In this document: positions 19,974-30,572 of the stretch, in pieces
Layout of the letters: every line of letters starts with the position of its first letter
Numbering within the stretch: the first letter of the stretch is position 1
Origin: Anaerolineales bacterium
GTDB lineage: Bacteria; Chloroflexota; Anaerolineae; Anaerolineales; UBA4823
NCBI GenBank assembly: GCA_020061105.1
Contig: JAGUYW010000002.1
Location: 110 to 64,109 of the forward strand
Reading direction: 5' to 3'
DNA: 64,000 nucleotides
Translations under genes and position numbers: made by a program
The notes under the pieces: generated by a model
What the model was told of the DNA's origin: nothing
Seen by the model: only the letters and a program-made list of their open reading frames with translations
The model's database searches: none

Positions 19974-22900
19974 AAAAGCGTTTCTTGAAATTCCCCAATT
20001 CTCGCATAATCTCCACTTTCTAAACCCATCTCTGCTTGCACCCGGCTAAGATAATACTTTTCTCCAATGAGCGCGAGAACCTGGCAAGCCTGTTGTAAAT
20101 AAACCCTTCGCTGTGGATCTGAGATTGGGAGATGCCGCCCGATTTCATAGCAAATCCTTCCCTGATCATAGAGAATTTTCAGCCGCCTGGCGCATTCCAG
20201 ACCTCTCTGCCATTCTCTAAAAGCCTGGCGATGTGCGCCTTCCAGCCAACGCCACAAGCCCAATTGCATCCAGTAACGCGCCAGGCCTGCTGGAATGCCA
20301 CGCCCCTGGATGCGCATTGCCTTGAGCACCTGGCTGGCCTGGCGCAACAAGGCTTTACGCTCTGCGCTTGTGCTGCTGCCATCCAATTCCACCAGCCCCA
20401 GGTATGTTTCGACCACTGCCGAGTATCCTTCGATGTTGGTAAAAACGGTGTGTGAAGAACGCTCGATCAACGCTGCCGCAGCATCGGCAGTTTGCCGGGC
20501 AGGTAAATACTCCTTGCGTCGCAGGTGGGCTACTGATAACAGCCCTCTGGCAGTGATGATGCCGGGCAGGTGTTCGATGCGAGTATTGATTTCCAGCAAT
20601 TTTTGCAGGGTAGCCAGTGCACTTTCAATCTCTCCGCTCAGCAGTTCCAAGTAACCGCGTTCACCCAACACCCAGCCCTCTTGCAATAGATCGCCGCTCT
20701 CGCGACTGGCAGCAAACAACACTTCCAGCAGGTCCGTCACGCGCCGGAAATTTCCCTGGGCGGAGGCAATCACGGCCTGCGGCATCACACATTCCCCCCA
20801 CTGCCGCAGATAGCCCATGCGCTCGAAAATTTGCGCTGCATGAGCCAGCGCCTGCCTGGCGCTTTCCCAACGACCCAAACCGATATCATAAATCCCGGTT
20901 ACCTGGAACACATAGGCGTGAGTCAGGGCGTCATCAACCTGCTGGGCAGTTTGCCGGGCCTGGCGGTAGTAATCACCAGCCAACCCGTGCAAGCCTAGCA
21001 TGCCTGCGCCCAGGCAAAAATTTGCCTGCGTGCGCGCCTGTTCGGGTGAAGCCCCGCCGCCTTCAGCCAGGTTAAGCACTCGCAATGCATAGTAAAGGCT
21101 GGGGAGTCGCTGGTTGGAAATGTAACTCACTTCCACCAATTGCGCAAAGGCGCGTTCGGCAAGCTGGCGGTACTGCTCCGACCCGGACGCCCAGCGCTGT
21201 TTTACAGCTACCGGCAGTATGCGCAGCAAGACTTGAAGGCCGACCTGTCCAAACAGCGCCAGTGTCAGGCTGCCCGTAGTAGATGGTAGGCGCTGCCCGA
21301 GATGTTTCAGGGCGGTTTGGATTTGCTGTTTACCCTTTTCAACCCTCCCCAGGCTTAGATAAGCTTTTCCCAGGTTGTATTCCCAATTCACATGGGAATC
21401 ATCATACTGGTTAGTTTGCCCGGCGCCTTTCTTCGGATCATCGATTGCATGCCTTTCCAAAACCAACTCGTAAAGCCAGGCTGCTTGCTGCGGCCGTCCC
21501 AGGAAATCATAGACGAGGCCTAGCCCTTCAACATATAGATCGATTTCACCGATATCACCGGGTTGGCGCAGCAGCCACTGCCAACTGGCCTGCAAATTAT
21601 CGCTTTCCCTATCGAATTCAGCCAGGATTTCGGTGGGGCGTTCGCCGGTTTTCAGCGCCTGTTGCAGTGCGCCTTGCCGCTGGGCAGCGAACACCTTGTA
21701 AAATTCGCTGTAGCGCCGCCGGGTAGCCTCGCATTCACCAGGCTGCTCGAACAACTTCGCTTCAGCATACTTCCGCAACAATTCGTGAATTTCGAAATAT
21801 CCTTCAGCTTTACAGCGCAGTAATGATTGATCAGCGAATACTGAAAGCAGATGCGGAGTTGCTCCTGCAACCTGGCGTGCAGCTTCTAATGTAAAGCCAC
21901 CCCGGAAGACCGAGAGGCTGGCCAGGACAGTACGCTCTTCGTCTTCCAATAATTTCCAGGAAGCATCGCAAACCGCTTGCAGGCTGCGATGCCGTTCGGG
22001 CAAATCGGGTTGTGAGGCGGCCAGGAACTTCAAGTCGCGTTCAATCTCCTGAGCAATCTCATGCGGCGAGAGCAAGCACAACCAGGAGGCTGCCAATTCA
22101 ATCCCCAGCGGCAAACCATCGACAAGTTGGCACACCTGCACGATGGCCGGCCAATCCTTCGGACGATTCTTGATTTCCACCCCCTGGCGCCTGGCGACTT
22201 CATCGAAAAGCTGGATGGCGCTGAATTCCTCAAGATCGCTCCAGGATTTTTGGGTTCCTTTACCGGCCGGGTAATTCAAGCCGGGCAATGTGATGACGCG
22301 CTCGCCAGGCAGGTTCAACCGCTGGCGTGAAGTGACCAGCAGCTTGATTCCCGATGTGTGGTTCAAGATTTCTCCCAACACTGGCGCGGCCTGGATGTGA
22401 TGCTCAAAATTATCCAGCACCAGCAGCATTTCTTTGTTGTGCAAGGCGTTTAAAAACTGCGCCTGAAATTCTCCGCGCCCGCGCAGGCTGATGCCTAGCG
22501 CATTGGCAATGGCCGAGATCAGAAAATCGGGGGTATCGATTCCGGAGAGCGAGATGAAATGCGCCCCGTTCAGCCGCGCCCCGGCTTGCTTGCGTCCGGC
22601 CTGAATTGCCAGGCGGCTTTTACCAGTTCCGCCTGGGCCCACCAGGGTTAACAGGCGGCAATCGGTTTGCTCCAGGGCAGCCTCGACCTGGGCCAACTCT
22701 TCCAAGCGTCCGATGAAAGGCGTCGATAGAGAAGGGAAACCACTCGCCTCGCCAACCGCAGAAGTGGTTTCTGGCAACAGCTTTTCGCCTGTCAGGAGCT
22801 GCTCGTACAACGCCTGCATCTCATCCTCTGGCTCTGCTCCCAACTCCTGCGCCAAGAGATTGGCGCAGGCTTCATATTGCGCCAACGCTGCCCTGCGCTT

Positions 22901-23584
22901 CCCGCTCAGCGCCAGCGTACGCATCAACTGGTAATGCGCTTCTTCGCGCCAGGGATCGATCTGCAACTGCCGGCGGGCATAGCGCTGCGCTTGGGCATAA
23001 TCCCCGCTGGTTTCCGCATGTTCAGCCAACACATACAGCGTCTCCAGCGCCTGGCTGCGCAGCGCTTCGCGCTGCACCAGCAGCCATTCTTCAAATGGTT
23101 GGCTATCCAGAAAGAAACCTTCCAGCAGTTCGCCGCGATAAAGCTCCACCGCCTGGGCCAGGCGCTTGGAGCATGCGTTACAGTCCACCATTCGGACATG
23201 GCGGTGGGCGCGACATTCAGCCAGCAAGCCGGTAAAAATGGCGGTATCAACGCTAGCCAGGGGCGCATCCTGGCCTTCAGCGTGCAATGTAAACTGGATT
23301 GTCTTTGGGGTGACCTGTAAAACTGCCTGGGCAAGTCCCGCATCGGCATGCCCGAGGGCCGCACGCAGGCGGTGCAGCGCCAGGCGCAGGTTGTCGTGAG
23401 CTTTTTCGTCAGTCAATTCGGGCCAAAGCAGCCCAGCCAGGGCATCACGACGGTGAGGACGGTCAGAGCTGATCGCCAGGTATGCCAATAAAGCGCGTGT
23501 TTTGTCCGAGCGAAAGCCGGTAACAGGCGTATCTCCCAGAGTTACATGCAGCGGACCGAAGAGATTGAGTTTGAGATGCGGCAT
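19970..23584 (-). CDS. AfsR/SARP-type regulator (wHTH-BTAD-NB-ARC-TPR)
   Basis: ALLAYLA, LAGLLWPE, YRGELLEG, DPWREEAH, GPGGTGKS, LVLDNFE, GLPLGIEL. Confidence 0.92.
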   Translation of the reverse strand: MPHLKLNLFGPLHVTLGDTPVTGFRSDKTRALLAYLAISSDRPHRRDALAGLLWPELTDEKAHDNLRLALHRLRAALGHADAGLAQAVLQVTPKTIQFTLHAEGQDAPLASVDTAIFTGLLAECRAHRHVRMVDCNACSKRLAQAVELYRGELLEGFFLDSQPFEEWLLVQREALRSQALETLYVLAEHAETSGDYAQAQRYARRQLQIDPWREEAHYQLMRTLALSGKRRAALAQYEACANLLAQELGAEPEDEMQALYEQLLTGEKLLPETTSAVGEASGFPSLSTPFIGRLEELAQVEAALEQTDCRLLTLVGPGGTGKSRLAIQAGRKQAGARLNGAHFISLSGIDTPDFLISAIANALGISLRGRGEFQAQFLNALHNKEMLLVLDNFEHHIQAAPVLGEILNHTSGIKLLVTSRQRLNLPGERVITLPGLNYPAGKGTQKSWSDLEEFSAIQLFDEVARRQGVEIKNRPKDWPAIVQVCQLVDGLPLGIELAASWLCLLSPHEIAQEIERDLKFLAASQPDLPERHRSLQAVCDASWKLLEDEERTVLASLSVFRGGFTLEAARQVAGATPHLLSVFADQSLLRCKAEGYFEIHELLRKYAEAKLFEQPGECEATRRRYSEFYKVFAAQRQGALQQALKTGERPTEILAEFDRESDNLQASWQWLLRQPGDIGEIDLYVEGLGLVYDFLGRPQQAAWLYELVLERHAIDDPKKGAGQTNQYDDSHVNWEYNLGKAYLSLGRVEKGKQQIQTALKHLGQRLPSTTGSLTLALFGQVGLQVLLRILPVAVKQRWASGSEQYRQLAERAFAQLVEVSYISNQRLPSLYYALRVLNLAEGGGASPEQARTQANFCLGAGMLGLHGLAGDYYRQARQTAQQVDDALTHAYVFQVTGIYDIGLGRWESARQALAHAAQIFERMGYLRQWGECVMPQAVIASAQGNFRRVTDLLEVLFAASRESGDLLQEGWVLGERGYLELLSGEIESALATLQKLLEINTRIEHLPGIITARGLLSVAHLRRKEYLPARQTADAAAALIERSSHTVFTNIEGYSAVVETYLGLVELDGSSTSAERKALLRQASQVLKAMRIQGRGIPAGLARYWMQLGLWRWLEGAHRQAFREWQRGLECARRLKILYDQGRICYEIGRHLPISDPQRRVYLQQACQVLALIGEKYYLSRVQAEMGLESGDYARIGEFQETLF

Positions 23585-23706
23585 TATGCCCGGTTTGGAT
23601 GGGTGGCAACGATTTGGTAACGCGGCCTATGGATAATATCATAGAGTTTTTGAGAAGTAAAGCACGCCCTTTCGGTGCTATCAATTAAGAAAGGACATCA
23701 CAGCCT

Positions 23707-23916
23707 ATGGAAGAAACCCCTGAACAAAAAAATCAAACTCTGCAACGCCAATCCTATCTTCTTCGCCTGTGGGCAGTGCGAATTCAAGGCCAGGTGACCT
23801 GGCACGCCGCTCTGGTGAAAATCCCGCAAGGCGAAACGCAAGGCTTTACCGGTTTGGAAAGTCTGTTCGAATATCTAACAAACCAAACTGTAGCCATTGA
23901 GCTTCCAATCAAATAA
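23707..23916 (+). CDS. Small conserved-looking hypothetical protein (SYLLRLW type)
   Basis: SYLLRLW..WHAAL..GETQGFTGLESLFEYL; AAGGA SD-like sequence upstream. Confidence 0.7.
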   Translation: MEETPEQKNQTLQRQSYLLRLWAVRIQGQVTWHAALVKIPQGETQGFTGLESLFEYLTNQTVAIELPIK

Positions 23917-23942
23917 ATGATGACAGAAAAAAAGGATTATTT

Positions 23943-26900
23943 ATGAACTCGAAAATACAATTCTCCAATCGTCTTACTCGACAGAAGATGCATAAATTGA
24001 ATACATTGTTTGGGCTGGCTTTGTTTCTAGGCTTGCTCCTGGCGTTGACGCTGGTCTTGCCGGCGCGTTCAGCGGCCTTTTCAACGTACGTGGTGAATAC
24101 AACCAATGATGTGAATGACGGAAGCTGCAACAGCACTCACTGCTCATTGCGTGAGGCAATCAATGCCGCCAATAGCAACGCGGGTGCAGATACGATCACC
24201 TTCAACATCAGCGGCTGCAGCGGTGGGGTGTGCACCCTCCAGCCGACCAGCAATCTACCCACCCTTACAGATAGCGGCACAACCATCGATGCAACAACCT
24301 CAGCGAATTTCATTGAGATCAACGGCAGCAGCGCTGGCAGCGACGGGATCGGTTTAAAAATTACCTCATTCAATAACATCATCCGCGGCCTGGTGATTAA
24401 CCGCTTTGCAAGCGCGGGCATCGAAATTACCGGCGCCGGCGTGACGGATAATATCATCGAAGGCAACAAAATTGGCACAGATCCCTCCGGAACAATCGAC
24501 CTCGGCAATGGCGACGGAATTCGTATCAAGAATAATGCCTCAAACAACCTGATCGGCGGCTCTACCACAGCCCAGCGCAACCTGATTTCGGGCAACAACG
24601 TGGGGGTTAAGATTAATGGCGGAAATTTAAACAGCGTCTCTGGCAACTACATCGGCGTGGATGCCAGCGGCGCACTGGCGCTGGGGAACACATTTCAGGG
24701 CATCCTGGTACAGGGCGACTCGGATGAAAATGTGATCGGAGGTGATACTACCAGCCAGCGCAATATTATCTCTGCGAATGAGGTGGGTGTAGAGGTTTCC
24801 GGCTCGAGTGCAAGGAGGAATATCATTGGCGCGAATTATATTGGCGTGAGCGCCAACGGGACAGGGGATTTGGGAAATGCGCTGTATGGCGTTGCGCTGA
24901 AGGATGGTGCGCATCACAATACGATTGGCGGCAACACCGGCTCGCCGCGCAATGTGATCTCGGGCAACGGCAGCCACGGCGTGTTTATCTCTGGAGATGG
25001 AACCGACAATAATGTGGTGGCGGGCAACTTAATCGGCGTTGACAGCACAGGCAGCACGGCGCTGAGCAACAATGGGAACGGGGTGATCATCCGGAACCAG
25101 GCTGAACTGAACACGATCGGCGGCGATACCAGCACCGAACGCAACGTGATCTCGGGCAACAGCGAGAATGGGGTGGAAATCTATTTGGATAGCCAATACA
25201 ATCTGGTTACAGGTAACTATATCGGTTTGAATTGGAGTGGAACCGCCAGCCTGGGCAACACTCTGAATGGGATTTTGATTAGCGAAGGTTCGCATCACAA
25301 TACCATCGGCGGCGATCGTGATCTGGGCCTGGGAAATGTGATCTCCAAGAACCTGGAGAATGGGATAATGATCACCGGCGCCGGCACAGACAGTAATACG
25401 GTGGCGGGCAACTATATTGGGTTGAACCCGGCTGGCGCAACCTGGTTCGGCAATCATCTTAGCGGGATCAAAATCGAAGGCGGTGCCAGGTACAATATCA
25501 TTGGCGGCCTCCCATTGGATGGTTTTGGAAACGCCATCTCTTGCAATGAAGATTATGGAGTATTCATCAGCGGCAGCGCCACTGCCCAGAACGAAGTACG
25601 CGGCAATATGATTGGCCTGACAGCAGATGGAAGCGGCGTTCAGGGGAATGGCATGCATGGAGTCTTTATCAACGACGCGCCCAATAATGTGATCGGCGGC
25701 GCAAATTCCTTTCGCAACTGGATCTCAGGCAACGAAGGCAACGGCGTGACCATCAGTGGAGCAAATGCATCGGGCAACCTGGTAGCCGGAAATACCATCG
25801 GCCTGGATATCCATGGCCTTTCGAGCCTGGGTAATGAGCAAAGAGGGGTGTTGATCTTCAATGGCGCTCACCATAACACGATTGGGACAGAAATCGGCGT
25901 TGGTGGACGGAATGTGATATCTGGCAATGCCTGGAGTGGTGTAGAAATCGAAGGCAGCGCCACCCATCACAACACGGTTGCTTCGAACTACATCGGCGTT
26001 GATTTAAGCGGCGAACATGACCGGGGCAATGGCGCGCATGGCGTATTCGTCAACGCGGCGGTGGATAACACCATCGGAGGGTCTACGCTCGGCGAAAGCA
26101 ATTTGATCTCTGGCAACAGCTTGAACGGCGTGTATCTATACGCCGCAGTGGGTAATATCGTATCTGGCAACCTTATCGGCACAAAGTTATCTGGCGGCAG
26201 CCTGCCGAATGACGCCAACGGAATTACACTATCTGGCGGTGCAGCCAATAATGTGATTGGCGGCGACTCTGCTGGCGAGCGCAATACCATCTCTGGCAAC
26301 GGTGGGGATGGCGTATCGATCTTCGGCAGCGGCACAGATAACAACACCATTTCTGGCAACTATATCGGTATTAGCGCCAACGGGATCAGCGCAAATGCCA
26401 ATGGAGAAGATGGCATCTGGATCGGCGATCAGGCGTCTGGCAACCTCATCGGCGGCGATACAACAGAAGAGCGCAACGTCATCTCAGCCAACAGTTGGAA
26501 CGGCGTGGCTATCGCCAGCAGCGCCGACCTCAACACCGTCTCGGGAAACTATATCGGTGTTGGGGCAGACGGTGTAACCGGGCGTGGCAATGGGCGCAAT
26601 GGAGTATTAATCGAAGGTGCTTTAGATAACATCATCGGTGGAGATGTGATTGGCGAGCGCAATCTGATCTCGGGCAACGGCCAAAAAGGTGTGGCGATCC
26701 GTGGATCATCCGCCAGCGGCAACTCGGTTAGCGGCAATTTCATTGGCCTGGATAGCAGCGGCGCGCTTGCTTTGGGTAATTCCAACGGCGGGATCATGAT
26801 CGATGCTGGCGCAAACGGCAACACCATTGGCGGCGATACTGCTGGCGAGGGCAATGTGATCTCCGGTAACCTGGGTGGAGGCGTGGTGATCAACGCCAGT

Positions 26901-28568
26901 GGAACGGTGAACAATATCATTTCGGGCAATTACATTGGAACCAACGCCAGCGGCGCGAGTGCAGCGGCGAATCTTCACGATGGTGTACATATCCTGGCAG
27001 GCGCATCCCGAAATACCATTGGGGGTGATGCTCCTGGCGAGCGCAATGTGATCTCTGGCAACAGCCAGAATGGTATCTTGATCGATGACAGTGAGTCCAC
27101 CAACAATGTTGTTTCGGGCAATTATATTGGTCTCAACGCAAGCGGGACGAATGCGCTGCCCAATGGAATGAACGGGGTCATGCTCAACAGCAGCGCCACG
27201 AACAATACCATTGGTGGGGATACAACCGGCGAACGCAATGTAATCTCTGGCAATTATGATGATGGCGTGCATATCGGCAGCCTCGCTACCAGCGGCAACA
27301 TCGTTTCTGCTAATTTTATTGGAACAGACGCCGCTGGTACCGCCGCTAGACCCAACCTGGGTTATGGCGTCTGGATTGGCGATTCTGCCTCCGGCAACAC
27401 CATCGGCGGCGATACACCCGGCGAGCGCAATGTGATTTCCGGGAACCACTTAGCAGGCGTGTTCATCCAAAGCGGTGCAAACCTGAACACAGTCTCAGGG
27501 AACTATGTCGGCGTGACTCCCGCTGGAAATGCCGCCCTTGGAAATTCAGCTGGTGGGATTAAGATTATGGATGCCAACGATAATTTGATTGGAGGCCGCG
27601 CGGCGGGACAGGGAAATGTCATCTCCGGTAATTCCAGCAATGGCGTATGGATCACCGGCAGCGCTGCAACCGGTAATACTTTGGCGGGTAATTTAATCGG
27701 CCTGAGTTCGTCCGGCAGCGCTGTGATTCCAAACGGTGGCAATGGGGTTGTGATCAACAATGGCGCGCATGGCAATACAATCGGCGGCAGCCTGGTCGTT
27801 GACGCCAACTTTATATCAGGGAATACCCTGGCAGGCATCTACATCAGCGGCGTTAACTCCACTACAATCCAAAACAACTGTATCGGAACTGATAATAAGT
27901 GCGCCGCCTCAGCCGGCAACGGCAGTCACGGCATCTCGATTACTGGCTCGGCAACCCTGAATACAGTAGGACCGTCCAATCTGATCGCTTATAATGTTGG
28001 CAATGGCGTTCATATAAGCCAGAGCACTACCAAACAAAATCGCGTTACCCAAAACAGCATTTTTTCCAACGCCATGGGCATCGATCTGGTAGATGGCGCG
28101 AATGAAAACATCCCCGCTCCGGTGATCCAGAGAATTACAACGGGATTGGGAAATGTCGTGATCAGTGGTACAGCTTGTGCAGGTTGTCTGGTGGAGGTAT
28201 TCAGCAATCCTAATGGGGACGGCGAAGGAAAAACATACCTGGGCGCTGCCACAGCCACAGGTGGATTATTCTCATTGACTATTTCCACCCTAAGCGCCCC
28301 AGTATTAACAGCGACAGCCTATGATCCACGCAGAGGCACTTCCGAGTTCTCAGGAACGTTCTTCGTGCCGGGTAAAAACATCTTCCTGCCGTTGATCAGC
28401 GCAGGAACTGAAAAGCCCAAAGAAGGCGCTCAGGCGCAGTCTTGCTTACCATCAACCCTGCATGGTTATGGCGCGACCAGCAATCTCGCCATTTCCCCTC
28501 CGAACAAGCGCAGCGCGTTGCATCCAACACGGTCAACCACTTTTTCCCTTTCTGCGCTTACTGGATAA
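23943..28568 (+). CDS. Secreted CSLREA-domain, right-handed beta-helix repeat surface protein
   Basis: Signal peptide, HCSLREAINAAN, about 18 repeats of IGGDT.GERNVISGN..GNYIG, GTSEFS, IFLPLI motif. Confidence 0.9.
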   Translation: MNSKIQFSNRLTRQKMHKLNTLFGLALFLGLLLALTLVLPARSAAFSTYVVNTTNDVNDGSCNSTHCSLREAINAANSNAGADTITFNISGCSGGVCTLQPTSNLPTLTDSGTTIDATTSANFIEINGSSAGSDGIGLKITSFNNIIRGLVINRFASAGIEITGAGVTDNIIEGNKIGTDPSGTIDLGNGDGIRIKNNASNNLIGGSTTAQRNLISGNNVGVKINGGNLNSVSGNYIGVDASGALALGNTFQGILVQGDSDENVIGGDTTSQRNIISANEVGVEVSGSSARRNIIGANYIGVSANGTGDLGNALYGVALKDGAHHNTIGGNTGSPRNVISGNGSHGVFISGDGTDNNVVAGNLIGVDSTGSTALSNNGNGVIIRNQAELNTIGGDTSTERNVISGNSENGVEIYLDSQYNLVTGNYIGLNWSGTASLGNTLNGILISEGSHHNTIGGDRDLGLGNVISKNLENGIMITGAGTDSNTVAGNYIGLNPAGATWFGNHLSGIKIEGGARYNIIGGLPLDGFGNAISCNEDYGVFISGSATAQNEVRGNMIGLTADGSGVQGNGMHGVFINDAPNNVIGGANSFRNWISGNEGNGVTISGANASGNLVAGNTIGLDIHGLSSLGNEQRGVLIFNGAHHNTIGTEIGVGGRNVISGNAWSGVEIEGSATHHNTVASNYIGVDLSGEHDRGNGAHGVFVNAAVDNTIGGSTLGESNLISGNSLNGVYLYAAVGNIVSGNLIGTKLSGGSLPNDANGITLSGGAANNVIGGDSAGERNTISGNGGDGVSIFGSGTDNNTISGNYIGISANGISANANGEDGIWIGDQASGNLIGGDTTEERNVISANSWNGVAIASSADLNTVSGNYIGVGADGVTGRGNGRNGVLIEGALDNIIGGDVIGERNLISGNGQKGVAIRGSSASGNSVSGNFIGLDSSGALALGNSNGGIMIDAGANGNTIGGDTAGEGNVISGNLGGGVVINASGTVNNIISGNYIGTNASGASAAANLHDGVHILAGASRNTIGGDAPGERNVISGNSQNGILIDDSESTNNVVSGNYIGLNASGTNALPNGMNGVMLNSSATNNTIGGDTTGERNVISGNYDDGVHIGSLATSGNIVSANFIGTDAAGTAARPNLGYGVWIGDSASGNTIGGDTPGERNVISGNHLAGVFIQSGANLNTVSGNYVGVTPAGNAALGNSAGGIKIMDANDNLIGGRAAGQGNVISGNSSNGVWITGSAATGNTLAGNLIGLSSSGSAVIPNGGNGVVINNGAHGNTIGGSLVVDANFISGNTLAGIYISGVNSTTIQNNCIGTDNKCAASAGNGSHGISITGSATLNTVGPSNLIAYNVGNGVHISQSTTKQNRVTQNSIFSNAMGIDLVDGANENIPAPVIQRITTGLGNVVISGTACAGCLVEVFSNPNGDGEGKTYLGAATATGGLFSLTISTLSAPVLTATAYDPRRGTSEFSGTFFVPGKNIFLPLISAGTEKPKEGAQAQSCLPSTLHGYGATSNLAISPPNKRSALHPTRSTTFSLSALTG

Positions 28569-28649
28569 TTCGCCCACTTAGAAGTCGAAGCGTCTAAAAT
28601 CGCTCTCTGAATCGAGCATTCGAAGCGTTTCTACTTCTACTAATAAAAG

Positions 28650-28676
28650 CAGCAGGCGCAAAATCTGCGCCTGCTG
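28650..28676. terminator. Hairpin between convergent genes (bidirectional terminator or REP-like)
   Basis: CAGCAGGCGCA-AAATC-TGCGCCTGCTG flanked by A- and T-rich runs. Confidence 0.65.
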
Positions 28677-28733
28677 TTTCTCTTTCGTTATTTATCGTAG
28701 GCTGACAACCATCCGCCAGCTGGAAAGCCAAAC

Positions 28734-29966
28734 CTATCCGCAGCCGCCGCCGCTCTTATCGCGCTTGACCTCCAGCTTGATCTTGGGCGTGTAGTCGATT
28801 TTCCAATGGTGTGGATCGGGGAAGGAGGCCTCGTAGCGCGAGCCCAGGGCGGCTGGAAATTCGAAGCGAATGCGCTCTTCCCCGGGCAGGTTGGGCGTGG
28901 GCGTGATCTGCGGGTCGAAGGCCGAGAAGACCGCCAGCCAGTTATTGATCCCGCCTTCCAGGATGTACAGGTTGCTGACGCTTTCGGCAGTCAGCGTCTT
29001 CCAGGCCTGGGTAGCGGCGACTTCATCGTTGCTCATCAGCACTACCACCTGGTTGGGGATATAGCTGGCTTGCAACTCTTTGGCCAGGTCGAGCAGTCTG
29101 TCCATGGGTACGTTGCGCGCTCCTTCGATATGGAACAGGTTGTAGTCCGCTTCCGGGCGCACATCGATCATCACCAGCCGCAAGCCGTCATCGCCGATGC
29201 TGTGCAGCAGTTCGCCGGGGTGAATTTGCACCTGGCGGATGAGCAGCGCCGCCTCCTTTTCCAGCGAAATACGGCCCCACTTTTCGGCTGTGCCAGCATC
29301 GCCGATGAACAGCACTACCAGCGCCCCAATGAACAGCGCCCCGGCTGCCGCCACGCGCAAACGCGGCTCTTTTTTCAGGTCGCGCTTGCCGACGATACGC
29401 TCCAACTGCTCGGCGCCCCAGAACATGAACAGCGCCATCAGGATCACCCCTACCACCACCACGCCGGTCGGGACATTCAACCAGTCCTGGATCGTCAGGC
29501 GCCCATAATCGCTGCTGTTCCACCAGGCCTCATACAACGGCACGGTCTCGCCGAACAGAAAGATGCCGGCCAGACCGCCCAAAACGAAAAACAAACCGTC
29601 GATTTTGAAGGTTGCCATCGAGACCAGCGAGGTGCCCGGGCAAAAACCGCCAACAATGAAACCCACCCCCATGATCAAACCGCCAACGATGCCCGGCCAC
29701 AGGTAGGTGGGGTTGACCCAGATCTGGTTGTAATCCAACACGCCCAGGCCGACCATGATAAAGATCAGCACCATCGCAACCACGATGGCGGTGAACATCA
29801 CTTTCAGCACAGTCAGTTCGGTGAAGTAGAACTGCGCCGCCAGTTTCTTGGAATTGCCGAAGCCGGAAATTTCCAGGATATAACCAAAGGCAAAACCGAT
29901 CAGGCCAAACACTACGAACATGAGCGGTTTGCCGAGCAAGGTTTCTAAAGGTAATGGGAAAGCCAT
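28734..29966 (-). CDS. YeeE/YedE sulfur-transport domain fused to a rhodanese-like domain
   Basis: GFGNSKKLAAQFY, GGFCPGTS, IDVRP..HIEGA..LEGGINNW; C-terminal GGGCG. Confidence 0.88.
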   Translation of the reverse strand: MAFPLPLETLLGKPLMFVVFGLIGFAFGYILEISGFGNSKKLAAQFYFTELTVLKVMFTAIVVAMVLIFIMVGLGVLDYNQIWVNPTYLWPGIVGGLIMGVGFIVGGFCPGTSLVSMATFKIDGLFFVLGGLAGIFLFGETVPLYEAWWNSSDYGRLTIQDWLNVPTGVVVVGVILMALFMFWGAEQLERIVGKRDLKKEPRLRVAAAGALFIGALVVLFIGDAGTAEKWGRISLEKEAALLIRQVQIHPGELLHSIGDDGLRLVMIDVRPEADYNLFHIEGARNVPMDRLLDLAKELQASYIPNQVVVLMSNDEVAATQAWKTLTAESVSNLYILEGGINNWLAVFSAFDPQITPTPNLPGEERIRFEFPAALGSRYEASFPDPHHWKIDYTPKIKLEVKRDKSGGGCG

Positions 29967-29975
29967 GGCAATCTC

Positions 29976-30533
29976 CTATCTCCACAACTTGCGCACGAAA
30001 TACGCCAGGGCGTATGCGCCGGCAAAGACCGAAAACATGAAGACCCACGAGCCCAGCGAAAGCGTCGCCCCGCCGGAAAGGGCCTGCCCGCTGGTACAGC
30101 CACGCGCCAGGCGCGCCCCATAGCCCATAATCGCCCCGCCGCCAAAGGCAGCCAGCCAGCGCATGCGCACGGATATGTTGGGGCCTTTGTTGGTTTCCAC
30201 TTTCAAGCGCCCGTTCATCCAGCCCGAAACAAACCCGCCGATGATCGTTCCAAATACCGCCGGCACAATCCAATCGTCCAGCGGGTTTTTATCACCGCCC
30301 GCCATGCGCAGCAAATATGAATTGCGGTCGACATGATCTGGCGCGATCTGATCTTGCACCGCCACGATCATACGATTCAAGCCCCCCGAAGCGCCCAGGC
30401 CGTTGCCAGTCAGGAAAAAGGCCAGGAAGAGTAGAATTCCCAGCAATGCCCCGCCCAGGTAGGGGTGCACATAATCTTTTTCCGGGCGGCGCCAAAATGA
30501 TTTTTTCTTTTGAGCAGGTGCTGCTACACTCAT
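29976..30533 (-). CDS. YeeE/YedE family thiosulfate-transporter half protein
   Basis: PYLGG, GLGASG, GARLARGCTSGQALSG. Confidence 0.9.
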   Translation of the reverse strand: MSVAAPAQKKKSFWRRPEKDYVHPYLGGALLGILLFLAFFLTGNGLGASGGLNRMIVAVQDQIAPDHVDRNSYLLRMAGGDKNPLDDWIVPAVFGTIIGGFVSGWMNGRLKVETNKGPNISVRMRWLAAFGGGAIMGYGARLARGCTSGQALSGGATLSLGSWVFMFSVFAGAYALAYFVRKLWR

Positions 30534-30572
30534 CGATACCTCCAATTTTTTTTCGCGGTTGGCCTTCGGCGA

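Noticed and set aside
28466-28560. Minus-strand amidohydrolase-like tail (EREKVVDRVGCNALRLFG)
   Set aside because: Too short to distinguish from chance
28806-29948. 380-aa plus-strand ORF
   Set aside because: Antisense shadow of the YeeE-rhodanese gene; no motifs
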